Shown here piece after piece: positions 14,401 through 29,400 of a DNA stretch of 64,000 nt. The DNA lies in the NCBI RefSeq assembly GCF_964355755.1, contig NC_092676.1, forward strand, positions 14,092,871 through 14,156,870. Reading direction: 5' to 3'. The notes under the pieces are model-generated. The model was given only the letters and a program-made list of their open reading frames with translations, had not been told where the DNA came from and did not search any database. The position numbers and the translations under genes were made by a program. How positions within the stretch are numbered: position 1 is the first letter of the stretch; each line of letters starts with the position of its first letter. Source of the stretch: Antedon mediterranea. Its lineage: Eukaryota; Animalia; Echinodermata.

Positions 14401-17400
14401 TATTATGTTACATTAAAATGGAATATTCAACAAAAAAATTTTAAAGAATTATTATTTCAGGGGGGAAATATATCTTTAATACATTTGATATTATTGACTT
14501 GCTGTTGACACTAATGATATACTGCTTTTATTGTAATGATAACCAGGCCTTTCGATGGAACCATATGCCTGGGATTAATTATTGTTGCTCAACTTGTACA
14601 GTACAATCCAATCCGACCTAAATAACATAAGTTTGAACATAAATAAAAATGGTGTGTTTTTAATTCTTCTTAAAGATGTATTGTCCCCCAAAAATATGAA
14701 AAATGAAGATTAATTAAATCAGACTTTGAATATTTTATTTTGTAGTTTTTAACAAAGTTAATCACTTCCATAGAAAAAAAATAATGTTTTCACTTGTAAA
14801 ATGACAAACTAAATAGTTAAATCCAACCAAAAATCCATTGGCTGGCAGCCAATTTGAAAATTTTTTGCTAATTACATTTTTTCAGGTAAATACATTTTTT
14901 TTTCGATGCAATTTTTGTTCAAAGTGGATAACTATTATGTTACATTAAAATGGAATATTCAACAAAAAAATTTTAAAGAATTATTATTTCAGGGGGAAAA
15001 TATATCTTTAATACATTTGATATTATTGACTTGCTGTTGACACTAATGATATACTGCTTTTTATTGTAATGATAACCAGGACTTTCGATGGAACCATATG
15101 CCTGGGATTAATTATTGTTGCTCAACTTGTACAGTACTGTATCTTACAAAACTGTAGCCTACATTTAATTGAATGAGTATGAAGTAAGTGTTTACTAACC
15201 CATACTGTCTTGCCCAGTCTGTATACGATAGAGGATTTCCGTCTGTCCACAGAAAACGTCCTTCATCAACCTCATCCGTCAAACCTGTAAATATGAGATG
15301 GAAAGGAATAGAACTATGCTCTTACTGCTCTGACAAAATGTTTAGCGTAATTTACTCGTACTAATCAATTTGGTTGATTGAATCCCAAGTGAAATTTTGG
15401 TTTCAAATATTTCGTACTTTACATTGTTTGTACAAAAAACAAGAAATAACAAAAATAGAGGTAGACTAAACAAATATTTCTTTCAAATTTTGCACATGTT
15501 TTGAGAGAAATCAATTTTTTTTTATTTCACACGAATGTTTCGATGGCAACAGGCAAATTTATGTGTGACAATTTTGTCTTTAGAGGTTATTAAAAATGAA
15601 TATTGGTAGTATTTTAATACTATTAATACTTGTGTATGTATAAGAAAGCATTGTGTACCTATTTCATATTTATTACCGTATGAGATTAAACATTGTTTCA
15701 TGAAGGCGAGCGAATACAAAATATTTCCCTTAAACAAAAAAGTTTAATTAATAAAGATGGGAGCTTAGCAACAAGCCCAACTGATATTTTAAAAGAACAA
15801 GTACAGCATTTCGTTTACACGCAAACAATGCCATAAAAAAATACAAACTTTTGTGACAACATCAGTGTGACAAAAGTTTGTTTAATTAACATATGCTGCA
15901 ACTATTACTGATGTTCCAAAATATTTTGTAATTTTTTTGTATTTGTATTTTGTATTAATATTTGTCCTCAGTGAGGAAATTCGGATTAGGCCCTCCATGG
16001 ACCCACGGCAGCCAGCAGTGCAGCGCCTACCAGATTAGGCAATGAGAGTAAAGCATCTTGCCTAAGGATGCAATTAGTATGGTACAGATAACCTCGAACC
16101 CATGCCTATCACATGCTAGTCCGATATTACCATTACACCATCAATCTCCAGTATATACAGCACCCGCCACGATTTCTAGACGGTCTCCCATCCAGAACGC
16201 AACCGGGCCCAACGTTGCTTAACTTCGGTGATCTGACGAGAACCGGTGTTTCAACGCAGTATGTATATGCATAGGTTAAAAAAATAATATAAATTTAATA
16301 TGGAATAATTGGTGATGATGAGATGAGAGGCATTAAAATGCCTGATTTTACTCTTCATGTAAGCGCACTAATGTGTGGCTCGTTAAAAATATTATGAATG
16401 TTGATGGTGCTAATTGAAAAAGCATTCTAATGTATTATATTATACATTCATAAGTTCATTTTCATAAATTCATAATTTATATACAAGATTCTTGTTGACT
16501 GTTGACTGCGCGCACAAGTTGATGTTTGAAAGCGATCGCGTGGTATCAATTCTCAAATTGTTTACAAGACATTGAACGTGCATTAGCATACAAAAAAACA
16601 CGCTGTAGTTTTAATTATGTCAAAAAACGACCATTAAATTCTAGGCGTACCTAGGCGCATAGGCCTGGCCCAATACTATGAGGCCTAGCTAGGTTAGAAA
16701 GGGAGCGATACCATTACGAAACTTCGACAGGCAACTGAAACTCATCTTATCTAGGCAAATTCTGTTTTTTCCAACGATTCCACGTCTTGTAGAGAAGTTT
16801 TCATTCATTAATTAATTTAATTAATTAATTGTTGGTTAGGTTTGGAAATAACTTGAATTAATTAATTAAGTAATTAATCAAAATCATACAAACGATCGAA
16901 AGGTAATTTAAATGTTTTTTTTTGGTGTAAGTTAGTACATATATAAAGCGCGGTAATTATCAGCATTAAATAATTTTTTCGTTAGGTATGGCTAATTCCA
17001 AATTACAACGTGCGTAATTAACAAATAAAATTGCAAGAATACAATCAGGCTTGTTTTAATATGACGTTTACCTTGTAGTAGAACTAAACGAAATTAATCA
17101 ATCAGATGCGTAATACAAAACATTACTTACCGATGTATATACCATCATATGTATTTGAAAAGTTAGCAGTCCATGAAATAGTTATCATTTTATGAAGAAA
17201 TATCATTTCTTGTGCTGTCTGTATACTAACTAAGAATGCATTCGTGGCAGTACACGAAGCATTCGCCTTAAACCATGTTATATATGTGTTTTCTTCAAAC
17301 ATACGATAACATTGTTTGTCAAAGATATCCCAGCCATCTGGACAGTATGCATCTTTAAAAAAAAATTATAACTCGTTCACTAATTTTTGTAAGCCATTTT

Positions 17401-20400
17401 TATCAATTAAAATAAAGTGATACAAAATACATTGTTTAATTACATACGCATTTAAAAGCATTTGAAAACCACAGTATAACCATAACCCGTCCGTTGTGAC
17501 GTGCCGGTTAAGGGAAAAGGAGGAGAGGAGATACGTATTTTAACACTACGAGGGTTTTGTTCCGAAGGTCCTTAAAATACTGTATTTAAAGATAGAAAAA
17601 AATATCTTTTAATTAAAAAATACGTTAATGATTCGTAGGCCTATACCTGTTTCATTCTGACTTGTCTGAGGTATATGTGCATTGAATGCATAAGAATGAT
17701 ATTCCATTAAAAATCCATCGCCAGTTGAGCCAAGGTTCGATGAAAATTCAAGTAAAACTTGGTTAAAACTGCTGAGGCTTTTGTTTCTTGGCGGATGTTC
17801 GTTACAAAGTGTAAAAAGTAAAGTACTTTCAATTGAATCTCCATCGAATATTTTGACATAATCCGTCGAACAGGTACCATCACCTTTGACGTCGAATGTA
17901 ATAAATGTTAGCTGGATGTATGTTCCAGGAGGAGTAGTTATTAACCAAGAACACCTCGTTCCATCTGGATAACCATGGGGATAATTTGGTGTTGAGATGT
18001 AAGCGGCTGGTGTGTCACATTTACTTTGATGACATGTGCCAGAAAATCCGCATCCAGGAATATCTGTAATAATAACTTGTTCATACCAGTAAAGAGGATA
18101 TAGTATAATCCAACATTAGATAATTACTTTTAACACTTGTCAGACAAGATTGTATTGATACATACACATTATTCTTAGTTGACTACTTTCTTGACAGCCT
18201 AAAATACACGTACGGTATTATTTCTAGGAATATGAAGTTATGACTGGGCATGTTACATTCAGCAGACAAGCTGTTTATTGTCGGTATAGACATGATACCG
18301 TATGTGCATCAGCCACCTTAATTTTCTTAAAACCACACCTCTACATCCACTGCTAAAATAAAAGTTAAATTACCTATGCTATCTTTACTTCTATCGTTAT
18401 ATATAAGTCATTACACATTAGTCATATATAACAAAACAACAATAAACAACATTTGGGTTCTTACCTACTTCATGGTACGAGGCAGAAAAGCCATAACTCT
18501 TAAAGATTAATCCAGTTGAGTAGAATATTGCAATACATGAAGTCCTTGATATTAGAAGAGGTGGCTGCACACCACAAAATTTGCCCAATAATTCTCCATT
18601 ACCGTCACATTCCAGTACCGATAAAAAATCATTGCACTGCAAATCATAACTATTCGATGATGAAATCTGAATATCAATAAATTGTAGAGATATCGACTTT
18701 TCCGGGCTTACAGTGATATAATAGACACTAAAGCTGAATGGCTCAAGAAGGCTAGGAAAATTTGGTGACATCACTGTTCCAGATACGTCTGTATAGTAAT
18801 GGTGTAAGTCTGTACATTTCTCTCTATTGCAGTCTCTTGATGAACCATCTAATACAAGCAAAATATTGTGTTTTCATCAAAGTTCTTAAATATTTCTTGT
18901 CATTATTTTTATAAACATTGTTAAATATGAGATCGAACTTACCAATTTCCTCGTAGGCCATTACAAAACTAATACTAGTAGGCATGTCTGGTTTAAGTTC
19001 ATCTATTTCAACTCTAAGATCAATTTGATTGGATAAAGACATAGCAGTCAAATCTTCAAATCCGCCACATACAATACCTCTTTGAAGTACGCCAAGGAGT
19101 GAATGCCGTTCAGTTATCACTACTTTGTCGATACACTGCAATGTTTCAGGATTTTGTCGAAGACTTGACCAAAGAAATGTAAATCTAGTAATGATACACA
19201 AATATGCAAAATGTGAATACTGTATTGCATTTGTTTGTTCTATCTTTGCACTATCTCTATACAGGGTAAGCAGTAAACAGTAAAACTAACGTTTGTATCC
19301 AAATTAAATTCATACTAACTTTATATAATGGCCTTTAATGCATGTGATACGAAATTTACAGGATGCACCAGCGTTAAAAAATGGAGGATAACCGAAGAAG
19401 CTAAATGTCCCGGAAGAAGTGTTCGATTCATAAAATAGCGTTTCCTCCCACGATAAGTCCTGACACCTTACATCTGAAATGTCTGTAATCGAAAAAAAAA
19501 CAGTAAATGTATAATTTTATATAATGATTATTAACATAATAAACTCCCGAAAATGGTATCAGATGGAAATGTTTATGAACAACAGTAATCGTTTTTAATC
19601 GAAATTGACATTAAAATTAAGGCATATTGTCACTTAGCCGTAGCCTACTGTATACATATAAAACATCCTTCATGATAAACACGACAATTGTTCAACATAA
19701 GTGCTAACCTTGCTTACACAGTACTGGATACTCATCTAAGCAGCTGACATTAGCCACCATTGACGTGTTTAATTCCGTCGTCAGAACTGAGCAGTATTCA
19801 TTATTCGTATCAACCCACGCACTTCCGATGCCAAACTGAACCAAAGCCTGTACAAAAAGTACAGTGTTTAATATAGTATTAGTTGTTCAACATTAGTACT
19901 AACCTTGCTTACACAGTACCGTACCGGATAAAACTGACATTAACTACCATTGTCGTGTTTATTTCCGTTGTCGTGTTTTTATTAATAACTTTGTCAACTT
20001 TCAGATTAAAATTTATTCTTATTATTTTTTGTAACTATTTATTTTTCTTATTCTTTATTGCCAATCAACAACAACAACAAATAACTACAACGTAAGTGGC
20101 AGGAAACACAAAAGGGAACTAAACCAGTAGCTAAAAGATAAAATATAGATTTTCAATAAATATATCAGAAAATATCCACACAAGAAATATAAAAAAAACA
20201 TTCATAAAAATACTAAAACAACCAGAAAAAGTAAAACACAGAGAAATTCATTTTAAGTTTAAACAAAAATGTCCATTAAAAATGAGTCCTTGACTTCATC
20301 TTAGATTCCTTCCCACAATCGCGGGAATATGTGAATTACTGATCGATGCAGGCAGTTAGTCCGTGCATACAAGTGTCTGAAACTTAAGGTTTTTAGACGA

Positions 20401-23400
20401 CGTGTATTGACGCAAATATTTTAACGGATACTTTCCATGTCTATGTACCCCATTAGCGTTTTACAGACAAATGCTCTACGGCTGGATAGCCGAGGCAAAT
20501 TCAGTTGTGCTAATCTAAAATCATAATCACCCCGTCTCTTTTTCAATGCTAGTCTAGTGGCTCTACGTTGAACAGATTCAATCTTATCTATCAATTAACT
20601 GTTTGAAGAAGCTATGCAGAGATTCCATACTCAATTATAGGAATAGTAAGTGCACGGTATAATGAAAATATAGCTGGTACCTCCATCAATAATATAACCA
20701 ATCATCATATTTGCCCTTGCTGTAACATTAGGAACATGGTTGTTAGTCCAGTCAATCTAATGATATACCCACGCAATAGTAACAAAACAAGTATTTTTGA
20801 ATTCCATATAAAGTGTAGAATGACATTCTAAAAGTCACCGAAAATCCAAGCATTGGATAAATGGGTCAGAGGTCAAATTAATATGAACCATTAATTACAT
20901 ATATTTAACCATTTGAAATACATTATACAAGTGTGATTTATGTCTTCCGAAAGATTATTAAATTTCCTATTCATTGATATCAAACTTATTGTTATAACAT
21001 TTTAAGTAGAATGTCATTTTTGCGGAATAATGTGTCAATTTTAGATAAAAATGTTGTTTTCGCTGTAAATAACAATGGTAAATACACAGTGATACCCCTG
21101 GGGTGAACATATCAGTCCAAAGTGATACACATGACTAGCTCAAGATGCAGTATGAGTGACATCTCCGTTCCTGTTGCTTCTGGATGATCTACATTCCATT
21201 TTTCCAGATGGAATTTGTGTTGCTATGGTTACAGAATTTATAATGGGACGTATAAGTATAATATTTTAACGATTTTGTGAATTTTAACCAGTAGACTTCA
21301 TACCATTTACACGGGCGTTACTGCAGATGACTCGGTTAATATTGACAATGTGGTATTAAGCATTGAATATTTTAGACGGATGTTAGGCCAGTGGGTCTTG
21401 CAATGTATTCACTGCGTGAAAATAAAGTCATATACAGTCATACATCCCATAAGGGAAAATATGTGTGCATCGATCCTACAGTATTAAATTACTTTCTGAA
21501 ATATTATCATCAAGCAATTGGTCTAACAAATCCTCCAGATTACCGGTCTCGGTTTCTGAAACATCAGTCATTCTAGATCTGATTTGATTTGTATGCCTTT
21601 TTCATGTGTATGATCCCACTTTAACAATATATTTTAATGGACTTTTCTCCTCAACTATGATTCATGGAGCCCATTTAATTTTGTGACTCCCTTCCTTCCT
21701 AAAATCTCTTACATAATATAATTGATCATTCACAACAAAACTTCTCAATTTCTTATTAGATTTTTCCATCTCTTTATGTAGGTGATCTGTAATTGTTATA
21801 CAGTATTAACATTAGGTCTAAGTAAATCTAATCTTGTTCTTAGCTGTCTCTTTACAAACAAATTGAGCAGGTGATTGTTTGTTACACTGTGTTCAGCGTT
21901 TCTGTATATATGCTAACAGAAATTTACTTAATCTTGTTTGAATCGAATATTTATCATCAATCGCGGCTTTCAACCCTTTTTTCATTGTTTGAACGAATAT
22001 CTCGGCCTGACCATTAATAGCCGGATGACCTGAATATGAATACTTATAAATTATGCCATTTGCTTTCATAAAATCCTTAAATTCTGAAGCCGTAAACTGA
22101 CTTCCATTATCCAAAACTACAATTTGTGGAAGACCCCATTGACTAAACATTTGTCGAAGTGCTTCAATTGTGTTTGTGGTTATGGTCGAATTCATTATTT
22201 TTACTTCTGGCCATTTACTAAATGCATTAACTACAATAAGGAACATTTTTCCTTGAGATGGACCTGCGAAATCAATATGAATTCTTTCCCAACGTTCCCT
22301 AGCAGGTACCCAGTGATGCATCGGCACTGTGGCTGGTCTATTTTGAATACGTTTGCAAGGATCACATGCCTTAGCCAACTGTTCAATTTCAGAATCAATA
22401 TTCGGAAACCAAATATAAGAGCGAGCAATGCTCTTCATTTTAACAACTCCAAGATGACCACAGTGTAGATCATCCATGACCCTGCTACGGAGCCTTGGAG
22501 GAAGTACTACTCTCTCTCCCCACAAAATACAACCTTTTTCAATCGATAATTCATTACGTCTTAAATAATATGGCTCTATGGTTTTATCATCATTTGACAC
22601 CCAACCATTCATTATTAAGCGTTTCACTTTACTTGGCTGTTTATCTCTACTAGTCATTTTACTTTTTTCGTCAGCTGTTATAGGTAATGCATTTATCATG
22701 TCCATAAAGTTAACATTTAGATTTATGTTTATGTTTTCCGCTTTATCAAATGGTGACCTGGAGAAACAATCTACGTTAGCATTTGCCTTATAATACTTGC
22801 CACTACCACTACTGCTGTCATTCTATGCACCTCTTTGATTTGTACGATGATGAACTACATGTACATTTCTTGTTCTACTACCCGTTGCCATAGTATCAGA
22901 CTGTTTCTGCAAGAGCTCAAAGGAATTTGCCATGTTGACTGCCTTTGGTAGAGTCAAGTAGTTACCTTTTCTTAGCTTTTCTGACGTACATCCATCAATC
23001 AGTTGATCTCTGATGTTGTTATCTATTTCTGTGCCAAAATCACACAAACATCAGCCTTTTGTTACCGATTCTGCTTCCAATTGGCTTAATTTCCTAAATT
23101 TACGTCTCTCAAACGGTGAGTTCACTTGAGCTTCAAAATAAGCATCAAGCTTCTTTATGGCGATTTCATAAGCATTAGTTCTCGCCTCTCCGTCTTCAAC
23201 AACTATTTCGGGCAATGTAAAATACATTTCTTGCAGGTGTATGCCTCCCGCATGCAATAAAATTGCCTCTCTCTCTGTGATGAGAATATGCACGGCCTTT
23301 TTAATTGCCGCCATCTCGCTGCTAAATTAGTTGTATCGTTTCCTACCTCAAATGGTTGAATATTTTCCAATGTGTCTTGCCTAATCATTGTCAGTAACTT

Positions 23401-26400
23401 GTATAACTCACGTAATACGCCTATATACATTTTATACCAATTTGACACGTTTTGAGACTTTAGAATATCATATAATTCAAGTCATATAGGCCTACGCTCG
23501 TTCGGGTTCGTGGCCAAAGAGGCCGTTTATTCAGTTCCGTGTCAAAGGTCATATGTCATTACAATATTATAATCAAGTTTAAATACTTGTCATGGTGACA
23601 ACAAGGGAGTTTTTGAACATGAACTTTTTTATCCACCAGCACTTTTTAAAACTTACAATACTTGCAGCTAATAAACCAACATGATGCCATGTAGAAACAA
23701 CTTCTTTCTGAATAGCCTAACACACTGAATGATGTCCACTAGGCCTACATCCTAGATGGTGGTGCTCTAGCCTACTGCACAGAATTACATGGAATAGTGT
23801 AGAGACTTATGATGCGATCTGCACAAAAATATGACGCTGCTGATGCAGATGTTCTTTCGGTTAGTACAAAAAACTATTGAATCAGCAAACCGGAAAACAT
23901 CTGTCATTATCCAATGACACGGATCTCCTAGTGCTCCTCTGCAGTCAAACATTTAAAACATCTTGTGATATTCTTTAGACTGGAACTGAGATCTGGACTA
24001 TCAAACTGGTTAAAACATTACTTTTAAGAGAAATATGTGATAAACTTCTGTTTGCTCATTCTATACTGATGTGACACGACATCCAGAGTTTTTGGAATTG
24101 GAAAATTCTTCCAAAATATAATAATATAATATATATAAGCATAATTTAGTTTTAAGTTATTTTAAGAAAAATTGAGTTTTTGTAAAAGGTCAATGACCTC
24201 AGGGAAGAGTTAATGACCTGAGAGTAAGAAATATTTATTATACACATTTGAAGTTATTTAGATGTAATTGGCAGGTATAAATGTTACCTACTACTAAACT
24301 ACCTGTTGTTGATATCAATTTATCATTATTATAGGATTATTAAAGTAAAGAAGTACATAACTAATTCAAAATACTTCTAAAATTATTTAGATATGATTAT
24401 AAGGCCCCAGAATTGTTTACGTTACATTTGATCAAGAATCAATTTCAATAAGAATAGTACACCATTATTTTAAAATTCTTCTAGTTAACATCATGTTTTC
24501 TATTTTATGTATTGATATATATTATAGGTTATAGAAAAACACATGTTTGATTAAATACATCCACGATTATGGCATACGACATTATAAGTTAATCTTTTTA
24601 AAGGAAAAAATGAGTTTTGTAGAAGGTCAATAACCTTTTGACCTCTAGTTTTATAAATAAGTGTTGTTTTATTTTTTATTTATTTTTTTTTTTGGCATAT
24701 TGCAAAAATATATATATTCTACACATTTATATCAAGATGATTGAGATTGGATTATAAAACCACAAGTTATGGGCATAAATGTTACCCCCTACCCAAACAA
24801 TATTTATGGAATAAAAACATTATATAGTTGTTAAGATTACGTTTTAAAAAATGTGATTTTTAATATGTCATTTTAAACTATATTTGGAATGAAAAAGTCA
24901 ATGCTTCGTTACTATTGTAATTTTTGGTGGGTTTACCTCTAAATATCACTAGATTGACTAGACTATATCCTAAGTCAGATTATGATTGATAATTACACCA
25001 AGATGAGAATGATTAAGAACAGATTGAATTGGGGAATTATTAAGATAATATATCGGACGGTACATCCTTTTAGATCTAGTGATATGTAGAATACAGGTTT
25101 TATTTGAATTTAATTCCATTTTGTTTAAGGTACACCATGTGTAGAGCGTGTTTAGGTCATTTTGAACTAAGAGTTCATCATTTTTCACTATGTATATTCA
25201 TAAAAATAATGGTATCATCGGCGAAAAAAGCACAGGACGGCAAGCATGAAGAGCAGAGGACGGCAAGCATGAAGACAGATCGTTGATGAATGAATTAAAA
25301 ATAAGAAGGGACCCTAAACACTACCCTGGGTACTCCAGATGTCACGTGGGCCACTGATAGATCCTTGGAATAAAACCTTTTGAATTCTATCGGATAGAAA
25401 AGATCGAATCCATTTCAATATTTGGCCTCTAATGTTAAATTGTGAAGCGACCTTGTTGAGGACAATTTGATGGAGTAATTTATTAAAGGTTTAAGAGTAA
25501 TCCAAAAAGATAACATCAATTCTAGGTGGACGAGGTTTTTCTAATGACGATGTCCAATTATGAAGGAGGTTAGTTAGCTGCGTAACAAAACAAAAGAGAG
25601 CGAGAAGGAAAAAAACCTACACTGAACATCAATGATAAGCCCATTGGAGGTGACATGTTCAAATATTGCAGATTAAATAAACTTCTCAAGTATTTTACAA
25701 CATATTGGTGTAAGTGACGCGGATCTGTAATTTGATATTGAAGTTTTGTTTACTGATTTGAAAATGGGAGTTATATGCGATATCTTCCAGGACATTATCT
25801 TTCTAACCTTTAAGGACAATTTGAACATACTAGATGGTACGCTCGTACGTAAATTTATATAATAGATTATGAAGAGGAGGAGCAAGCCTATCTGCTGCCA
25901 TTTTAAGTATATATGGTTGTACCGTATCAGGACCAGGGGATTTATTGATATCGAGCTATTTAAGCTGTTCTTAATATTACCTAAATCAAAATCTACTAGT
26001 GAAAGTTCGGGAAGCGGAAAGTTAGCATTAGTAGATTTCGATATATAGGACAACTGTAATTTACCCCCCCCCCCCTCCCCTTATTTGCATATTTTATTTA
26101 ACTTGTACTACTAATTTGCATACTTTAGAGGTGTGTGACAAAGGCGTGATTTGGGGAATTACAAAGTGGTCCTATACTGGTTATTAGGAACCTATATCTG
26201 GGTCAGTTGACGGCAAAATAAAGTCTTTACAGACATTTTAGTCACATTGTGTATGCCCCAAGAAATGGGGTTGAGGGTCAAATGTTGTACTTTCGGTCAT
26301 TTTTTCGTAAAATGTTTCATTAGAGTAAATATAGCCTAAATATATACATTTTGAATAAATCAGTGAAATAATCAAATCTCTCGGACTAATAGTTTTTGAT

Positions 26401-29400
26401 ATGATAACCCTGTAATTTTACCCTACCTTGCATAGTTAAGCTAATTTGCATATCACCGGGATCAGTGACAGAGGTGTGATGTTCAAATTTTGATCTCCTC
26501 ATCATATGGTGACCATTTAAAAAAGAAAAATATCTTTTGGCAACTTGTTTCACTTTAGGCTGTTTTTTTAGATAGATTACCTAGCCTAATAATCAAAATA
26601 AGATTTTTGGCACCACAGTTTGACATCCTTTCGGACCACCCTGTACGCCTCCCATGCAATTGTGGTACCTCGGATTTTGGGTTTCTTAAATAATCTGCGT
26701 TTCTTAGCTATCGCTTTCTTAATATCATCGTTAACCCAGGGGTGACCTTTTTTCCTCTTCTTTACGACGAAGAACACAATAACGCAATACAGCATCATAA
26801 ATATCAAGAAATCCTTCCCCTGCATCATCTACATTATTGTCGATGAATATTCCCCATGGGGCAAGATAAAAAAAAAGCTGTAAGAGGTGATTAACGTCAG
26901 TTTTACGATAAGCTAGACAATTATTAATCAAGTTTTTAGAATAAATTTTAGATTTACAAATGTTTAAAAAAAATGGCATGATGGCCACTTTCAACATGTT
27001 TCTGACGTTGACCACCTCTTAAATGTATCTACTTATAGCAAATAATTATACTGGAGAGATTGGAATGTTCCATTCTTTGCCAAGCAATACGTTTGTATAA
27101 ACGTATATTAAATCAAAATAGTATTGTTTAAGAAAATCGGCTTGTATTCAACATTATGATTCTGTTAACCAATTTTCAGCTATTAAAAACAATTAGTTTA
27201 TTCTATTGTAATATAAGAAGTGTGAAAAACAAATTATTAGATTTCAATGTTAGATTTTCTTCTTCGTCTCATGACGTCATTGCTATATCAGAGACATGGC
27301 TCGATAGCACAGTATATGATAGTCAGCTTTTAAACAATGATTATACCATTTTTAGAAAGGATAGAAATTCTCATGGAGGGGGGGTTTTAACTGCTTGTAA
27401 AACATGTTTAAATCCATCTTTATGCACAGATCTCAATGTTGATACACTTGAACTGATTGGATAGAATGTCATAGTAATATAGGTAAAATTTTATTAGGAG
27501 TGTTTTATAGGCCGCCTTCTTCAAATGTTCAATATTTAAATTCCTTTAATGATAATCTAGATAAAGTTCAAGCAAAAGTTGTTGATTACAAACAGGTATT
27601 ACTCATAGGCGACTTTAATATTCATGTTGATTGGAATTGTTTGAATGTGAACAATGGTTTATCCGCCCAAGCAGGAAGCTTGGTAGAAGGAACAATGGCA
27701 ACTGGACTAGTGCAAATAATAGATCAGCCTTCTTATGTAACACGAAATGGGGATGGGCACTTTTTGGACTTGGCTTTTGTTAGTAATCCACTTTTAATTG
27801 ATAAATGTCAAATTATTAACAATTTTGACTCATGTGATCATGAGGCAATTGAGATATGTCTAAGGATATCAAAACAACGTGACAAAGTTATAACAAAAAC
27901 TGTATATGCACTAAAAAATGCAGATTTTGAAAAGATGAAAAGCATATTAATTAATTTTAATTGGGAAAATTGTTTTATGTTTGAAAATATTAATAATATT
28001 TGGGATAGTATAATGAACAATATAAACAAGGCTATTTCTGAATCTGTGGCTATTAAGAAAAGAAATAAGACTAAATCATTTCCATGGATTAATACAGAAA
28101 TTAAGAAACTTTGTACAAAGAAAAGAAAATTATATAGGAAGGCTAAGATTTTAAAAACAAATGAAGCTACAGATAGATTTAAGTGTTGTAGTAAGGAACT
28201 GAAAAAAGCCATATATTGTAGTCACAGAAATTATGTTCTAGACATCTCAAATAAGGCTACTTCAAATATAAATCAATTTTGGGCATATATTAGGGCAATT
28301 AGACAAGATTCACAAGTTATAAGTTTTAAGATTAATGATGCTATAGTAACAGATGCTAGAGAGATAGCAAATTTGTTTAATGATCAATTTTCTAGTAATT
28401 TCAGTAATAATGATGATGGTGGTAATGATGACTTGCTCTGCAACTCTGATATTATCCCTCAGCATTATATGGAACTTGAGAAATTTAATGTGATGGAAGT
28501 TTATCAGGCATTAAACTATTTAATTATTTCAAAATCTCCAGGACCTGATAATTTACTTCCCATATTTCTAAAGGTTTGTAGGGTAGGACTAGCACGATTG
28601 TTGTGCGACTTTTTTAACTTATCTTTAGAAAAAGGCATTTTACCAAAACAGTGGAAAACTGCTAATGTTGTACCTGTTTTCAAAAAGCATGGAAAACCTA
28701 AAGGTGATTTTAAGAGTTACAGACCTGTGTCTTTAACACCAATTGTTTGTAAAATTATGGAGAAACTTGTGTGTACCCGAATCAATAATTTCTTAGAGGC
28801 TAATAGTATATTATCAGATAATCAGTTTGGTTTTAGATATGCTTATAGTACTGAATTGTTACTCACTAAGGCGTTTCATTCATGGGCTCAAAGTTTAGAT
28901 GCAAAAAATTGTAAGCAAGTAGATGTAATTTTCTTAGATTTTTCATCTGCTTTTGATAAAGTACCCCATAATCGTCTGATTAAGAAACTTAACAATATTG
29001 GCTTAAACAAAGGTTTAAATAAATGGATCCAGGATTTTCTTTTAAATAGAAAACAAAGAGTTATCTATAGAGGTGAAATATCGCATTGGAAGAATGTAAT
29101 ATCAGGGGTACCCCAGGGGTCAGTTCTTGGCCCTCTTTTGTTTCTATTGTATGTGAGTGATCTTGAATATGGTATAGAATCTTCAATTTTTCAATTTGCA
29201 GATGACAATACCATTTCAAGACCTATTCATGAATTAGAAGACTGTATAAAGTTACAGAGTGATTTAAATAAGATTTATGAATGGTCAGTTTTAAATAAAC
29301 TACCATTAAATGCATCAAAATGTGCAGCAATGAGTTTATCCAGGTGTAAAGATCCCATCATATTTGCTTACGATATCAATTCCGATTCAACGGAAAGAGT

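Larger units (their letters stand above)
19975..26960 (-). mobile_element. Decayed CR1/L2-clade LINE, split by later insertions
   Basis: RT remnants: [17 protein letters not shown] (26586-26828), [21 protein letters not shown] region (~25215), [11 protein letters not shown]; A-rich 3' end near 20000-20060. Confidence 0.8.

Noticed and set aside
16156-16264. Functional 5S rRNA gene
   Set aside because: Both ends truncated, substitutions in the 3' half, no T-run terminator, not in an array.
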